DNA of 64,000 bases from Methylibium sp. (GTDB lineage: Bacteria > Pseudomonadota > Gammaproteobacteria > Burkholderiales > Burkholderiaceae_C): positions 3,437-67,436 of the forward strand of contig JANNDW010000285.1 in NCBI GenBank assembly GCA_031378125.1, written 5' to 3'. This document shows positions 46,121 to 55,249 of the stretch, in pieces (within the stretch, counting starts at the first letter, position 1; every line of letters begins with the position of its first letter). The translations under genes were made by a program, and so were the position numbers. Below the pieces are notes generated by a model, which was not told the DNA's origin, did no database searches, and worked only from the letters and a program-made list of their open reading frames with translations.

Positions 46121-46477
46121 TCAGGGGCAGATCGCCACCACGACGATCGTCACCGCGTGCACGTGCACATCTCCGACCGACGAAACGACGGTCACCGTGT
46201 TGCCCGCCTTCAGCTCCTGAAGTTGCGCCACGCTCAAGCTCACCGTGTGATCGTGGGTTGCCGAGCCTCTGATGCTGTAGGACTTTGCCACCATCGAGTC
46301 GAGGTCGGCGCGCAGGATGCTCAGTGCATGGCCGTGGTTGGCGGAGATCGCGCCGCCGTCGGCCCCACACACCGCCGCGGGTACCGCGGAACTGCCGCCA
46401 CCGCCGCAGGCCTTGAGGAGCAGCAGCACGGAGCCTGCTGACAAGATGTCAAAGAACGCTTTGCGTGTGATGTTCAT
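46121..46477 (-). CDS. small exported (lipo)protein with three HxH motifs, function unknown
   Basis: 118 aa. Hydrophobic N-terminus ending LLLKAC, then a GGGGSS linker. Motifs NHGHALS, THDHTVS, VHVHAVT. High GC3 supports coding. Confidence 0.6.
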   Translation of the reverse strand: MNITRKAFFDILSAGSVLLLLKACGGGGSSAVPAAVCGADGGAISANHGHALSILRADLDSMVAKSYSIRGSATHDHTVSLSVAQLQELKAGNTVTVVSSVGDVHVHAVTIVVVAICP

Positions 46478-46620
46478 CGAGAGACTCCTTCAACAGCTGA
46501 CAGATGAGGTCTACGTTGTCCCGCAGATGGGCATTCCACGGTCGGTCGAGGTCCAAGCCTTGTTACAAATAACCGCTGAGCCTTGCCTCAAAGTGGCAAG
46601 TGAACTACAGTCAAAACCGA

Positions 46621-46642
46621 TCATTGACCGATCGGTCAATGA
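46621..46642. promoter_or_regulatory. perfect 22-bp palindrome; candidate operator for the TetR-type PaaR
   Basis: TCATTGACCGATCGGTCAATGA, 46 bp upstream of the paaG ATG. Each half contains a TTGACC -35-like hexamer. Confidence 0.55.
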
Positions 46643-46687
46643 ATTAACTCGGGTCTCGATTCATTCAGCCCTCGTCAGGATTCCACC

Positions 46688-47497
46688 ATGGAAGATCCCG
46701 CTCCGCTTGTTTTAACGCATCAGGAAGCTTCAGTCCTGACGCTGACCTTGAACCGTCCCCAGGCGCTGAACAGCTTCAATGGCGGGATGCACGACGCATT
46801 GCTGGCCGCGTTGAAGACGGCCTCCGGCGACCCATCGGTACGCTGCGTCGTGCTCACAGGCGCTGGCCGCGGATTTTGCGCCGGCCAAGACCTGACCGAC
46901 CCCGAGATCGCCCCGGACCTGACACCCGGCGCCGCGCAAAAGAACATCGGCAACCTGATCGAAGCGCGCTACAAGCCGCTGGCCATGCTGCTGGCCGATT
47001 ACCCGGTGCCGGTGCTGGCGGCGGTGAACGGCGTGGCTGCCGGTGCCGGCGCCAACCTGGCCTTGACCTGCGACATCGTCATCGCCGCCCGGTCGGCGTC
47101 GTTTATCCAGGCCTTTTCGAAAATCGGTTTGATCCCGGACGTGGGCGGCACCTGGTTGTTGCCACGCCTTGTGGGGCGTGCCCACGCGATGGCCCTGGCC
47201 TTGCTCGGCGACAAGCTCCCTGCCGAACAGGCCGAACGAATCGGCTTGATCTGGCGCTGCGTGGACGACGCTGCGTTGGCCTCCGAGACGAAGGCCACCG
47301 CCGAGCGGCTGGCCGCGATGCCGGTGCGAGCACTGGCAGAAACCCGCCGGGCGATGGCCAGGGCCGACCACATGAATCTTTCCGAGGCGCTGAGCATGGA
47401 GGCCGAAGTGCAAGGTCGCATGGGGTTGAGCCGCGACTACCTCGAAGGTGTGAGCGCGTTTTTTGCCAAGCGCGCGCCGACGTTCACGGACCGTTGA
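46688..47497 (+). CDS. paaG: 2-(1,2-epoxy-1,2-dihydrophenyl)acetyl-CoA isomerase (crotonase fold)
   Basis: From memory, near-collinear with E. coli PaaG: LTLNRP..LNSF, LTGAGRGFCAGQDL, AVNGVAAGAGANLAL.CDIVIAARSA.F, GLIPD.GGTWLLPR, EGVSAF.AKR.P.F. Confidence 0.9.
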   Translation: MEDPAPLVLTHQEASVLTLTLNRPQALNSFNGGMHDALLAALKTASGDPSVRCVVLTGAGRGFCAGQDLTDPEIAPDLTPGAAQKNIGNLIEARYKPLAMLLADYPVPVLAAVNGVAAGAGANLALTCDIVIAARSASFIQAFSKIGLIPDVGGTWLLPRLVGRAHAMALALLGDKLPAEQAERIGLIWRCVDDAALASETKATAERLAAMPVRALAETRRAMARADHMNLSEALSMEAEVQGRMGLSRDYLEGVSAFFAKRAPTFTDR

Positions 47498-47510
47498 GCG
47501 GCCTGCCCGG

Positions 47511-47951
47511 ATGGAGCCCGACATTTCCGAGTCCCAAGCCCTTGCGGAGCGGGTGCGCGACGGCATGTTCGGCAAAGACGCCGCCGCACACGCTTTGGGC
47601 ATGCGGGTCACCTCGATCTCGCCGGGACACGCCCGCGTGCTGATGACGGTGCGCGCCGACATGCTCAACGGCTTCGGCATCTGCCAGGGGGGCCTGATCA
47701 CGACACTGGCGGACATGGCCTTCGCCTACGCCTGCAACTCGTACAACGAACTCACAGTGGCGTCCGGCTTCGATGTGGACTTGCTGGCCCCTGGCCGCCA
47801 GGGCGACCTGCTCACCGCCAGCGCCGCCGTGGTGTCGCAGGCCGGGCGTTTGGGGCTGTACGACGTGGAGGTGCGCAACCAGGCTGGCGAGCGTGTTGCC
47901 GTGTTTCGCGGGCGCTCGTACCGCGTCAAGGGCAAGACGGTCGTCGCCTGA
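47511..47951 (+). CDS. paaI: hydroxyphenylacetyl-CoA thioesterase (hot-dog fold)
   Basis: LGMRVTSISPGHARVLMTVRADMLNGFGICQGGLITTLAD. Start trimmed to ATG 47511. Confidence 0.88.
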   Translation: MEPDISESQALAERVRDGMFGKDAAAHALGMRVTSISPGHARVLMTVRADMLNGFGICQGGLITTLADMAFAYACNSYNELTVASGFDVDLLAPGRQGDLLTASAAVVSQAGRLGLYDVEVRNQAGERVAVFRGRSYRVKGKTVVA

Positions 47952-47958
47952 GCGGCTG

Positions 47959-48002
47959 GCACCAGCACCAGCACCAGCACCCGCACCCGCACCCGCACCC
48001 GC
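47959..48002. repeat. hexanucleotide tandem repeat (GCACCA)x3 (GCACCC)x4 in the paaI-paaK spacer
   Basis: Read directly: gcaccagcaccagcaccagcacccgcacccgcacccgcacccgc, ending 8 bp before the paaK RBS (ggag). Confidence 0.95.
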
Positions 48003-48020
48003 AAGAACGGAGATCCGAGC

Positions 48021-49331
48021 ATGCCCGTCAAGCGCCCCCAAGCCGGTGAGCTGGAGCCCATCGAAACCGCCAGCCGCGATGAGTTGCAGGCGCTGCAGCT
48101 TCAGCGCCTGCGATGGTCGTTAACGCATGCCTACGACAACGTGGCCCACTACCGTGCGGCCTTCGATCAGCGCGGTGTGCACCCGACCGACCTGAAGTCC
48201 TTGCAGGACCTGGCCAAGTTTCCGTTCACCGCCAAGCAGGACCTGCGCGCCAACTACCCGTTCGGCATGTTCGCGGTGCCGCGCGAACAGGTGGTGCGCG
48301 TGCATGCTTCATCCGGCACGACCGGCAAGCCCACCGTGGTGGGCTACACGCAGGCCGACATCGACACCTGGGCGCACCTGATGGCGCGCTCGATCCGGGC
48401 GTCCGGCGGCCGGCCCGGGGACATCGTGCACGTGGCCTACGGCTACGGCCTGTTCACCGGCGGCCTGGGCGCGCACTACGGTGCCGAGCGGCTGGGCTGC
48501 ACGGTCATCCCGATGTCGGGCGGGCAGACCGAAAAGCAGGTGCAGCTCATCAACGATTTCAAGCCGCACATCATCATGGTCACGCCCAGCTACATGCAGG
48601 TGATCATCGAGGAGTTCCGGCGCCAGGGGCTGGACCCGAGGGCGATGTCGGTTCAGGTCGGCATCTTCGGCGCCGAGCCCTGGACCGAAGCCCTGCGGCG
48701 TGACCTGGAGATGAGCGCCGACATCGACGCGGTCGACATCTATGGCCTGAGTGAAGTGATGGGCCCGGGTGTTGCCAACGAGTGCATCGAGTCCAAGGAC
48801 GGGCCGGTCATCTGGGAAGATCATTTCTACCCCGAGATCATCGACCCGGACACCGGCGCGGTCTTGCCCGAAGGCAGCGAGGGCGAGCTCGTGTTCACCA
48901 CGCTCACCAAGCAAGCACTGCCGGTGGTGCGCTACCGAACCCGCGACCTGACCCGCCTGTTGCCGCCCACCGCGCGCAGCATGCGCCGGATGGGAAAAAT
49001 CGTCGGGCGCAGCGACGACATGCTGATCATCCGCGGTGTCAACGTGTTCCCCACACAGCTCGAAGAATTGGTGCTGCAGCACGGGCAGCTGGCCGGGCAG
49101 TACCAGATCGTCGTCACGCGCGACGGCCCGCTGGACTTGATGGAGCTGCGCTGCGAATTGCTGTCCACCGCCGCAAGCGCGGTTGCGGAGCAATGTGCCG
49201 CATCGTTGCAACACCGCATCAAGTCATTGATCGGCGTCAGCGTGCAAGTGCATGTGGGCGCGCCGGATTCGATCGAGCGCACGCTGGTCGGCAAGGCGCG
49301 GCGTGTGATCGACAAGCGGCCCAAGTCTTAG
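48021..49331 (+). CDS. paaK: phenylacetate-CoA ligase
   Basis: [21 protein letters not shown]-binding [10 protein letters not shown], 436 aa. Confidence 0.94.
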   Translation: MPVKRPQAGELEPIETASRDELQALQLQRLRWSLTHAYDNVAHYRAAFDQRGVHPTDLKSLQDLAKFPFTAKQDLRANYPFGMFAVPREQVVRVHASSGTTGKPTVVGYTQADIDTWAHLMARSIRASGGRPGDIVHVAYGYGLFTGGLGAHYGAERLGCTVIPMSGGQTEKQVQLINDFKPHIIMVTPSYMQVIIEEFRRQGLDPRAMSVQVGIFGAEPWTEALRRDLEMSADIDAVDIYGLSEVMGPGVANECIESKDGPVIWEDHFYPEIIDPDTGAVLPEGSEGELVFTTLTKQALPVVRYRTRDLTRLLPPTARSMRRMGKIVGRSDDMLIIRGVNVFPTQLEELVLQHGQLAGQYQIVVTRDGPLDLMELRCELLSTAASAVAEQCAASLQHRIKSLIGVSVQVHVGAPDSIERTLVGKARRVIDKRPKS

Positions 49332-49344
49332 GAGAGAACAAGCC

Positions 49345-50367
49345 ATGTACACCCAAGCGATGGATCTGATGGCCCAGGAGGCCAAGCCGGCGCAGCCTTT
49401 GCGCAGCGCTGAAGAGATGTCCCGTGAAGCGGCGTTCGAAGCCCGCATCGAAGCGGGAGAGTTCATCGAGGCGAAGGACTGGATGCCCGAGCACTACCGC
49501 AAGACGCTGGTGCGCCAGATCAGCCAGCACGCGCACTCCGAGATCGTCGGCATGCTCCCCGAAGGCCACTGGATCAGCCGCGCGCCGACCCTCAAACGCA
49601 AAGCCATCCTGCTCGCCAAGGTGCAAGACGAAGCCGGCCATGGCCTGTACCTTTACGCCGCCGCGGAGACGCTGGGCGTGTCGCGCGACGGGTTGATCGA
49701 TGCGCTCCATGCCGGCCGCGCCAAGTACAGCTCGATCTTCAACTACCCCACGCTGAGCTGGGCCGACGTGGGCGTGATCGGTTGGCTGGTCGACGGTGCG
49801 GCCATCATGAACCAGGTGCCGCTGTGCCGCTGTTCGTACGGCCCTTACGCACGTGCAATGGTGCGGGTGTGCAAGGAAGAGTCGTTCCACCAGCGCCAGG
49901 GTTTCGAGTCTCTTCTGACGATGATGACGCGCGGAACGCAGCAGCAGCACGACATGGTTCAGGATGCCGTGAACCGCTGGTGGTGGCCGTCGCTGATGAT
50001 GTTCGGGCCGCCCGATGCCGAGTCCACCCACAGCACCCAGTCGATGCGCTGGGGCATCAAGCGCAACGCCAACGACGAGTTGCGGCAGAAGTTCGTCGAC
50101 GCCTGCGTGGAGCAGGCCAGGCTGCTGGGCGTGGGCCTTCCCGACCCGGGGCTGAAATGGAACGAAGCGCGCGGCCAACACGACTTCGGCGCGATCGACT
50201 GGACCGAGTTCTGGAACGTGGTCAACGGCCACGGCCCGTGCAACAAAGAGCGCCTCGCGGCGCGCGTGAAGGCCTGGGACGACGGGGCCTGGGTGCGCGA
50301 GGCCGCGCTGGCGCATGCGGCCAAGCGGGCGCGCAACACCGTCCACTCGGAGGAACTTCAATCATGA
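49345..50367 (+). CDS. paaA: 1,2-phenylacetyl-CoA epoxidase subunit A (di-iron)
   Basis: Ferritin-like ligand motifs QDEAGHGLY and [11 protein letters not shown], about 340 aa. Confidence 0.94.
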   Translation: MYTQAMDLMAQEAKPAQPLRSAEEMSREAAFEARIEAGEFIEAKDWMPEHYRKTLVRQISQHAHSEIVGMLPEGHWISRAPTLKRKAILLAKVQDEAGHGLYLYAAAETLGVSRDGLIDALHAGRAKYSSIFNYPTLSWADVGVIGWLVDGAAIMNQVPLCRCSYGPYARAMVRVCKEESFHQRQGFESLLTMMTRGTQQQHDMVQDAVNRWWWPSLMMFGPPDAESTHSTQSMRWGIKRNANDELRQKFVDACVEQARLLGVGLPDPGLKWNEARGQHDFGAIDWTEFWNVVNGHGPCNKERLAARVKAWDDGAWVREAALAHAAKRARNTVHSEELQS

Positions 50368-50648
50368 GTGCCGAATGGCCTCTGTGGGAAGTCTTCATCC
50401 GCAGCAAGAGCGGCCTGGACCACAAACATTGCGGCAGCCTGCATGCCAGCGATTCCAACATGGCGATTCAGTTGGCGCGCGACGTCTACACGCGCCGCCA
50501 GGAAGGCACCAGCGTGTGGGTGGTGCGCTCGGACCAGATCGTCGCCAGCGACCCCGACACCAAAGACATGTACTTCGAGCCGGCCGAAGACAAGGTGTAC
50601 CGCCACCCGACCTTCTACAAACTGCCCGCCGACCTGGACCACATGTGA
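50364..50648 (+). CDS. paaB: 1,2-phenylacetyl-CoA epoxidase subunit B
   Basis: [28 protein letters not shown]..., 94 aa. ATGA overlap with the paaA stop. Confidence 0.93.
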   Translation: MSAEWPLWEVFIRSKSGLDHKHCGSLHASDSNMAIQLARDVYTRRQEGTSVWVVRSDQIVASDPDTKDMYFEPAEDKVYRHPTFYKLPADLDHM

Positions 50649-50653
50649 AGTCC

Positions 50654-51442
50654 ATGAATATCCTTGTGCCGGTCAAACGTGAAATGCAAGCCAACGCGCA
50701 TGCGGTGGACTATGTGCTGCGCATTGCCGACTCCTGCCTGATCCACGGCCAACGCCTTGCCGAATGGTGCGGCCATGCGCCGGTGCTCGAAGAAGACATT
50801 GCGCTGACCAACATCGCGCTCGACCACATCGGCCAGGCCCGCATGAGCTTGAGCCTGGCGGGGCACATCGAGGGCCTGGGCCGGGATGAAGACGCGCTCG
50901 CCTTCCTGCGCATGGAGCGCGACTACCGCAACGTGACGATGCTGGAGCTGCCCAACGGCGACTTCGCACGCACGCTGCTGCGCTGCTTTTTGTGGTCCGG
51001 CTTCATGGAGCAGCTGTGGGCCGGGCTGGTTGATTCGAGCGACCACCAGCTCGCCGCCATCGCCGCGAAAAGCCTGAAGGAAACCCGCTACCACCAGCGC
51101 CACAGCGCCGATTGGGTGGTGCGCCTGGGCGATGGCACCGGCGAATCGCAGCGCCGCATGAACCAGGCGCTGCGCGACTTGTGGCCCTACACGGCCGAGT
51201 GGTTCGCGCCGGACGAGGTCGATGCCCAGGCGATCGCGAGCGGCGTGGGGCCGTCATGGCACAGCTTGCGGCCGGCGTGGCTGGACAGGGTGTTGCCCGT
51301 GCTGGACGAGGCCCGCCTGGTTGCACCGCCAGACAGCGCTTTTCTATCGACCGGTAAACGCGGCGGTCACAGCGAGCACATGGGGTTTTTGCTGGCCGAA
51401 ATGCAGTCGCTTCCGCGCTCGTTCCCGGGGGCGGTGTGGTGA
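50654..51442 (+). CDS. paaC: 1,2-phenylacetyl-CoA epoxidase subunit C
   Basis: YVLRIADSCLIHGQRLAEWCGHAPVLEEDIALTNIALD. Position in the paaABCDE order supports the call. The start could be a downstream Met. Confidence 0.9.
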   Translation: MNILVPVKREMQANAHAVDYVLRIADSCLIHGQRLAEWCGHAPVLEEDIALTNIALDHIGQARMSLSLAGHIEGLGRDEDALAFLRMERDYRNVTMLELPNGDFARTLLRCFLWSGFMEQLWAGLVDSSDHQLAAIAAKSLKETRYHQRHSADWVVRLGDGTGESQRRMNQALRDLWPYTAEWFAPDEVDAQAIASGVGPSWHSLRPAWLDRVLPVLDEARLVAPPDSAFLSTGKRGGHSEHMGFLLAEMQSLPRSFPGAVW

Positions 51443-51951
51443 ACGGCCAGCTCGCACCAAAGATGACCACGGCACAAGTCTGGGCCACGCTCGCGCAGGT
51501 GCTGGACCCGGAGGTGCCGGTGTTGTCGGTGGTCGAGCTGGGCATCGTGCGCGACGTGACGGTGCTGGGGCGCGCGGTCAGCGTGACCGTGACACCGACC
51601 TACTCGGGCTGCCCGGCCACCGACGTGATCCGCGACGACATCGTTGCCGCCCTCACAGCAGCCGGCGCCGACCACGTGCAGGTGCGGATGCAGCTCGCGC
51701 CCGCCTGGACCACCGATTGGATCGCACCCGAAGCGGCCGAGAAGCTGCGCCGCTATGGCATTGCACCGCCGCATGTGTCTGGCACGCCGCTGGCGGCACA
51801 GCCGCTGCGCTTTCACCCGCGCGATTTGCACTGCCCGCGCTGCAACAGCCCACGCACCGAACAACTCAGTGCCTTCGGCTCGACGGCTTGCAAGGCGCTT
51901 TTCCGCTGCCTGGCCTGCCGCGAGCCGTTCGAATATTTCAAGCCGATCTGA
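51436..51951 (+). CDS. paaD: phenylacetate degradation protein PaaD
   Basis: VWATLAQVLDPEVPVLSVVELGIVRDV plus C-terminal cysteines CPRC...CLAC. The start is either GTG 51436 (overlapping the paaC stop) or ATG 51463. Confidence 0.9.
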   Translation: MVNGQLAPKMTTAQVWATLAQVLDPEVPVLSVVELGIVRDVTVLGRAVSVTVTPTYSGCPATDVIRDDIVAALTAAGADHVQVRMQLAPAWTTDWIAPEAAEKLRRYGIAPPHVSGTPLAAQPLRFHPRDLHCPRCNSPRTEQLSAFGSTACKALFRCLACREPFEYFKPI

Positions 51952-53015
51952 TGAGTTTTTCATTTCACCCGCTGCGCGTGGCCAGCGTGCACACCGACGC
52001 CGACGCGCTGGTGATCGGCTTCGAGGTGCCCGCCGCCTTGCGCGCGACGTTCGCCTTCACCCAAGGGCAGTACCTGACGCTTCGCGCTATCGTCGACGGC
52101 GTTGACCTGCGCCGCTCTTATTCAATCTGCAGTGGGCTGGACGACGGTGACTTGCGCGTCGGGATTCGCCTGCTTCCCGGCGGCGCCTTCTCTGGCTGGG
52201 CAGTGAAGGCACTGCGCGTGGGTCAGACGCTCGATGTGCTGCCGCCGCAGGGACGCTTCTTCGTACCCATCGATCCGTCAGCCGGGCGCCAGGTGTTGTT
52301 CATCGCCGCGGGGAGCGGCATCACCCCCATGTTGTCGCTGATCAAAACGATGCTGGTACGCGAACCGCGAAGCAGCTTCACGCTGATCTACGGCAACCGG
52401 CGCCTGGCCACCACGATGTTCCGCGAGGAACTCGACGATCTGAAGAACCGCCACCTCGCGCGATTCAGCATTCACCATGTGTTCTCGCGCGAGAGCCAGG
52501 ACGCGCCGCTGTTCAATGGCCGGCTCGACACGCAGCGCATCTCCGCCTTCCTGCGCGCGCCGGTGCCTGCCCACACGGTGGACGAAGCCTTCGTCTGCGG
52601 ACCGGCCGGCATGATCGACGACGCGCTCACTGCCCTCGGCGAGGCCGGCATGGACCCGCAACGCATTCACGTCGAACGCTTCGGCGATGTGCACGCGGCC
52701 ACCGCGCACCATGTCGAAGCCGGCGACGCCGACCAAGCGCAAGTCACGCTGGTGATTGACGGGCTGGGCCGCCAGATCGAGTTCCGCCTCAGCGACCCGT
52801 CCATCCTGGACGCCGCGCGGCGCAGCGGCCTGGACGTGCCTTACGCCTGCAAGGCCGGCGTGTGCTCCACCTGCAAGGGCAAGCTGCTCGAAGGCGAGGT
52901 GCGCATGGACCGCAACTTTGCCCTCACCCCGGCCGAGCTGGCGCAGGGCTTCGTACTGTGCTGCCAGTCGCACCCGCTGACCAGCAAGGTCGTCATCACG
53001 CTGGACCAGCGCTGA
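51951..53015 (+). CDS. paaE: 1,2-phenylacetyl-CoA epoxidase reductase subunit
   Basis: FNR-like RRSYSI, GSGITPM, C-terminal plant-type 2Fe-2S CKAGVCSTCKGKLLEG...LCC. TGATG coupling to paaD. Confidence 0.93.
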   Translation: MSFSFHPLRVASVHTDADALVIGFEVPAALRATFAFTQGQYLTLRAIVDGVDLRRSYSICSGLDDGDLRVGIRLLPGGAFSGWAVKALRVGQTLDVLPPQGRFFVPIDPSAGRQVLFIAAGSGITPMLSLIKTMLVREPRSSFTLIYGNRRLATTMFREELDDLKNRHLARFSIHHVFSRESQDAPLFNGRLDTQRISAFLRAPVPAHTVDEAFVCGPAGMIDDALTALGEAGMDPQRIHVERFGDVHAATAHHVEAGDADQAQVTLVIDGLGRQIEFRLSDPSILDAARRSGLDVPYACKAGVCSTCKGKLLEGEVRMDRNFALTPAELAQGFVLCCQSHPLTSKVVITLDQR

Positions 53016-53614
53016 TGGCCCGCGCGCGTTCGGCCCATTTCGATGGCAACCGCGAAACCATTCTTCGCGCCGCCGCCGCGCTGTTCGCGCGCCAGGGCTT
53101 TCCGGGCACGTCGATGAGCGATCTGGCGCGCGCCTGCGGCATCTCCAAGCCGCTGCTGTACCACTATGTCGACGACAAATACCAGTTGCTGCTGGAGATC
53201 ACCGAAGGGCACGTCAGCCGGCTCGAAGCCTTGGTGGCCGAGGTGGGTGCGTTGAAACTGGACCCGCAGGATTCGCTGCGCCAGTTGATTGCGCGCTTCG
53301 TCCAGGAATACGCCCTCGCCCGCCACGACCATGGCGTGCTGACGCAGGATGTCAAGTTCCTCAGTGCCGCGGACCGCGAGCGGGTGCTGGGCATCGAGCG
53401 GCAGGTTGTGAATGCGTTCGCGCTGGCCATCACCCGGGCTCGCCCAGGCCTGCGGGGCAGCGCGTTGGACAAGCCGCTGACCATGCTGCTGTTCGGCATG
53501 ATCAACTGGATGTTCACCTGGCTGCGCCCGGACGGGCGTCTCAGCCATGAGCAGATGGCGCCCATCGTGGCCGATCTGTTCCTCGGGGGTCTGGGGGCCG
53601 TGCAGGCGCCCTGA
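53015..53614 (+). CDS. paaR: TetR-family transcriptional regulator, probable PaaR
   Basis: HTH GFPGTSMSDLARACGISKPLLYHYV. The start ATG overlaps the paaE stop (TGATG). Burkholderiales paa clusters carry a TetR-type repressor downstream of paaABCDE. Confidence 0.8.
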   Translation: MARARSAHFDGNRETILRAAAALFARQGFPGTSMSDLARACGISKPLLYHYVDDKYQLLLEITEGHVSRLEALVAEVGALKLDPQDSLRQLIARFVQEYALARHDHGVLTQDVKFLSAADRERVLGIERQVVNAFALAITRARPGLRGSALDKPLTMLLFGMINWMFTWLRPDGRLSHEQMAPIVADLFLGGLGAVQAP

Positions 53615-54843
53615 TGCAGCAATTCGACGCGGTCGTCATCGGAGCCGGGGCGGCCGGTCTTCATTGCGCCGCCATGGCCGGCCAGCTGGGACTGAAGCTG
53701 CTGTTGATCGACCACGCTTCGAGCGTGGCCGAGAAAATTCGCATCTCGGGCGGCGGGCGCTGCAACTTCACCAACCGCGACACCAGCCCGGCGAATTTCC
53801 TGTCAGCCAATCCCGATTTCTGCCGCTCCGCGCTGGCGCGCTACACGCCGCAAGACTTCATCGCGCTGGTGCAGCGGCACGAAATTGGCTGGCACGAAAA
53901 GCACAAGGGTCAGTTGTTCTGCGACGGCTCCAGCGATCACATCATTGCCATGCTGCTGCGCGAATGCGAACAAGGGCAAGTGATTCGCTGGCAACCGTGC
54001 GCTGTGCGCGAGGTGCGGCTGGCGTCGGCGTTCGAGCTCGACACCGACCGCGGGCCGGTGCGCGCCAGGTGCGTTGTCGTCGCCACCGGCGGGCTGTCGA
54101 TCCCCAAGATTGGCGCCAGCGATTTTGGCTACCGGCTCGCACGCCAATTCGGCCACCGCGTCATCGAGACCCGCCCTGCCTTGGTGCCTCTCACCTTCGA
54201 ACCACAAAGCTGGGCACCGTTTGTGGCGCTCGCTGGCCTGTCGATGCAGGCCCGGGTCGAAACCGGCAGCGGCAAGACGGCTGGAGACTTTCTCGAAGAC
54301 CTGCTGTTCACCCACCGCGGTATGAGCGGCCCGGCCATTTTGCAGATCTCCAGCTTCTGGCGACCCGGCAACCCGCTGCGCATCGACCTGATGCCAGGCC
54401 TGGATTTGGAGACCGTGCTGGGCACGGCCAAGCGCCATTCGCGGCGCAAGCTGGGCAACGAACTGGCCGAGCTGATGCCGCGGCGCCTGGCCGATACCTG
54501 GCTGGCCACGCAGCCCGATCTCGCGGATCGGCCGATGACGGAACAGCGCGACCGCGACCTGTCGACCCTGGCCCGGCAGCTCCACCACTGGGCGCTGGTG
54601 CCCAGCGGCACCGAGGGTTACCGCAAGGCCGAAGTCACCGCCGGCGGCGTGGACACGCACGAGCTCAGCTCCCAAACACTGCAGAGCCGCCGCGTCCCTG
54701 GCTTGTACTTCATCGGCGAGGTGGTCGACGTGACCGGCTGGCTCGGCGGCTACAACTTCCAATGGGCCTGGGCCAGCGCCGCCGCCTGTGCGCAGGCCCT
54801 GTCGGCGCGCATCCGCTCATCGGCGCCGCCCGGCACCCTCTGA
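53614..54843 (+). CDS. HI0933/YhiN/BaiN-family NAD(P)/FAD-dependent oxidoreductase
   Basis: FDAVVIGAGAAGLHCA, ISGGGRCNFTN, C-terminal GEVVDVTGWLGGYNFQWAW. The start overlaps the paaR stop (TGATG). Confidence 0.85.
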   Translation: MQQFDAVVIGAGAAGLHCAAMAGQLGLKLLLIDHASSVAEKIRISGGGRCNFTNRDTSPANFLSANPDFCRSALARYTPQDFIALVQRHEIGWHEKHKGQLFCDGSSDHIIAMLLRECEQGQVIRWQPCAVREVRLASAFELDTDRGPVRARCVVVATGGLSIPKIGASDFGYRLARQFGHRVIETRPALVPLTFEPQSWAPFVALAGLSMQARVETGSGKTAGDFLEDLLFTHRGMSGPAILQISSFWRPGNPLRIDLMPGLDLETVLGTAKRHSRRKLGNELAELMPRRLADTWLATQPDLADRPMTEQRDRDLSTLARQLHHWALVPSGTEGYRKAEVTAGGVDTHELSSQTLQSRRVPGLYFIGEVVDVTGWLGGYNFQWAWASAAACAQALSARIRSSAPPGTL

Positions 54844-54862
54844 TGCCCGCCGTCAAGCGATA

Positions 54863-54891
54863 TTGCGCGGCCTTTCGGGCCGGCATATAAT
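54863..54891 (+). promoter_or_regulatory. candidate sigma-70 promoter of rpsU
   Basis: TTGCGC, a 17-nt spacer, then TATAAT, located 36 nt upstream of the rpsU ATG. Confidence 0.5.
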
Positions 54892-54926
54892 TCCACCCTT
54901 TGCTGGCCATAGGACCCCACTCTTAA

Positions 54927-55139
54927 ATGACTACGATTCGCGTCAAAGAAAACGAGCCGTTCGATGTGGCATTGCGCCGCTTCAAGCGCACCATCGAAAA
55001 ACTCGGGCTTCTGACCGATCTGCGTGCCAGAGAGTTCTACGAAAAGCCCACCGCCGAACGCAAGCGCAAGAAGGCTGCGGCTGTGAAGCGCCATTTCAAA
55101 CGCGTGCGCAGCATGCAGCTGCCGAAGAAACTGTTCTGA
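54927..55139 (+). CDS. rpsU: 30S ribosomal protein S21
   Basis: [48 protein letters not shown], 70 aa. Confidence 0.97.
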   Translation: MTTIRVKENEPFDVALRRFKRTIEKLGLLTDLRAREFYEKPTAERKRKKAAAVKRHFKRVRSMQLPKKLF

Positions 55140-55176
55140 GTCGATTGATCTGAATCGTCGGGGTTCGCACCCTGGG

Positions 55177-55204
55177 AGCCCGCAACTCGCGGGCTTCGTT
55201 GTTT
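55177..55204 (+). terminator. rho-independent terminator or attenuator after rpsU
   Basis: agcccgc-aactc-gcgggct followed by tcgttgttt. Confidence 0.55.
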
Positions 55205-55249
55205 CAGCCGCCCCATTTCATGCCCAGCCTTTCTCGCGCCAAGACCACC

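Noticed and set aside
46317-46715. 132-aa plus-strand ORF running through the spacer between the lipoprotein gene and paaG, and into paaG
   Set aside because: The third-codon positions in the intergenic part are mixed A/T/G/C, whereas real genes here have strongly GC-rich third positions. The ORF also overlaps both neighbours and contains the candidate operator. It is most likely non-coding.
47959-48002. Possible CRISPR array or coding Gly-Ala/Arg-Val repeat (minus-strand ORFs 47484..48041 and 47726..48061 translate it as GAGAGA / RVRVRV)
   Set aside because: The repeat unit is only 6 bp, there are no spacers and no cas genes are present. The repeat-containing ORFs are antisense or intergenic artefacts.
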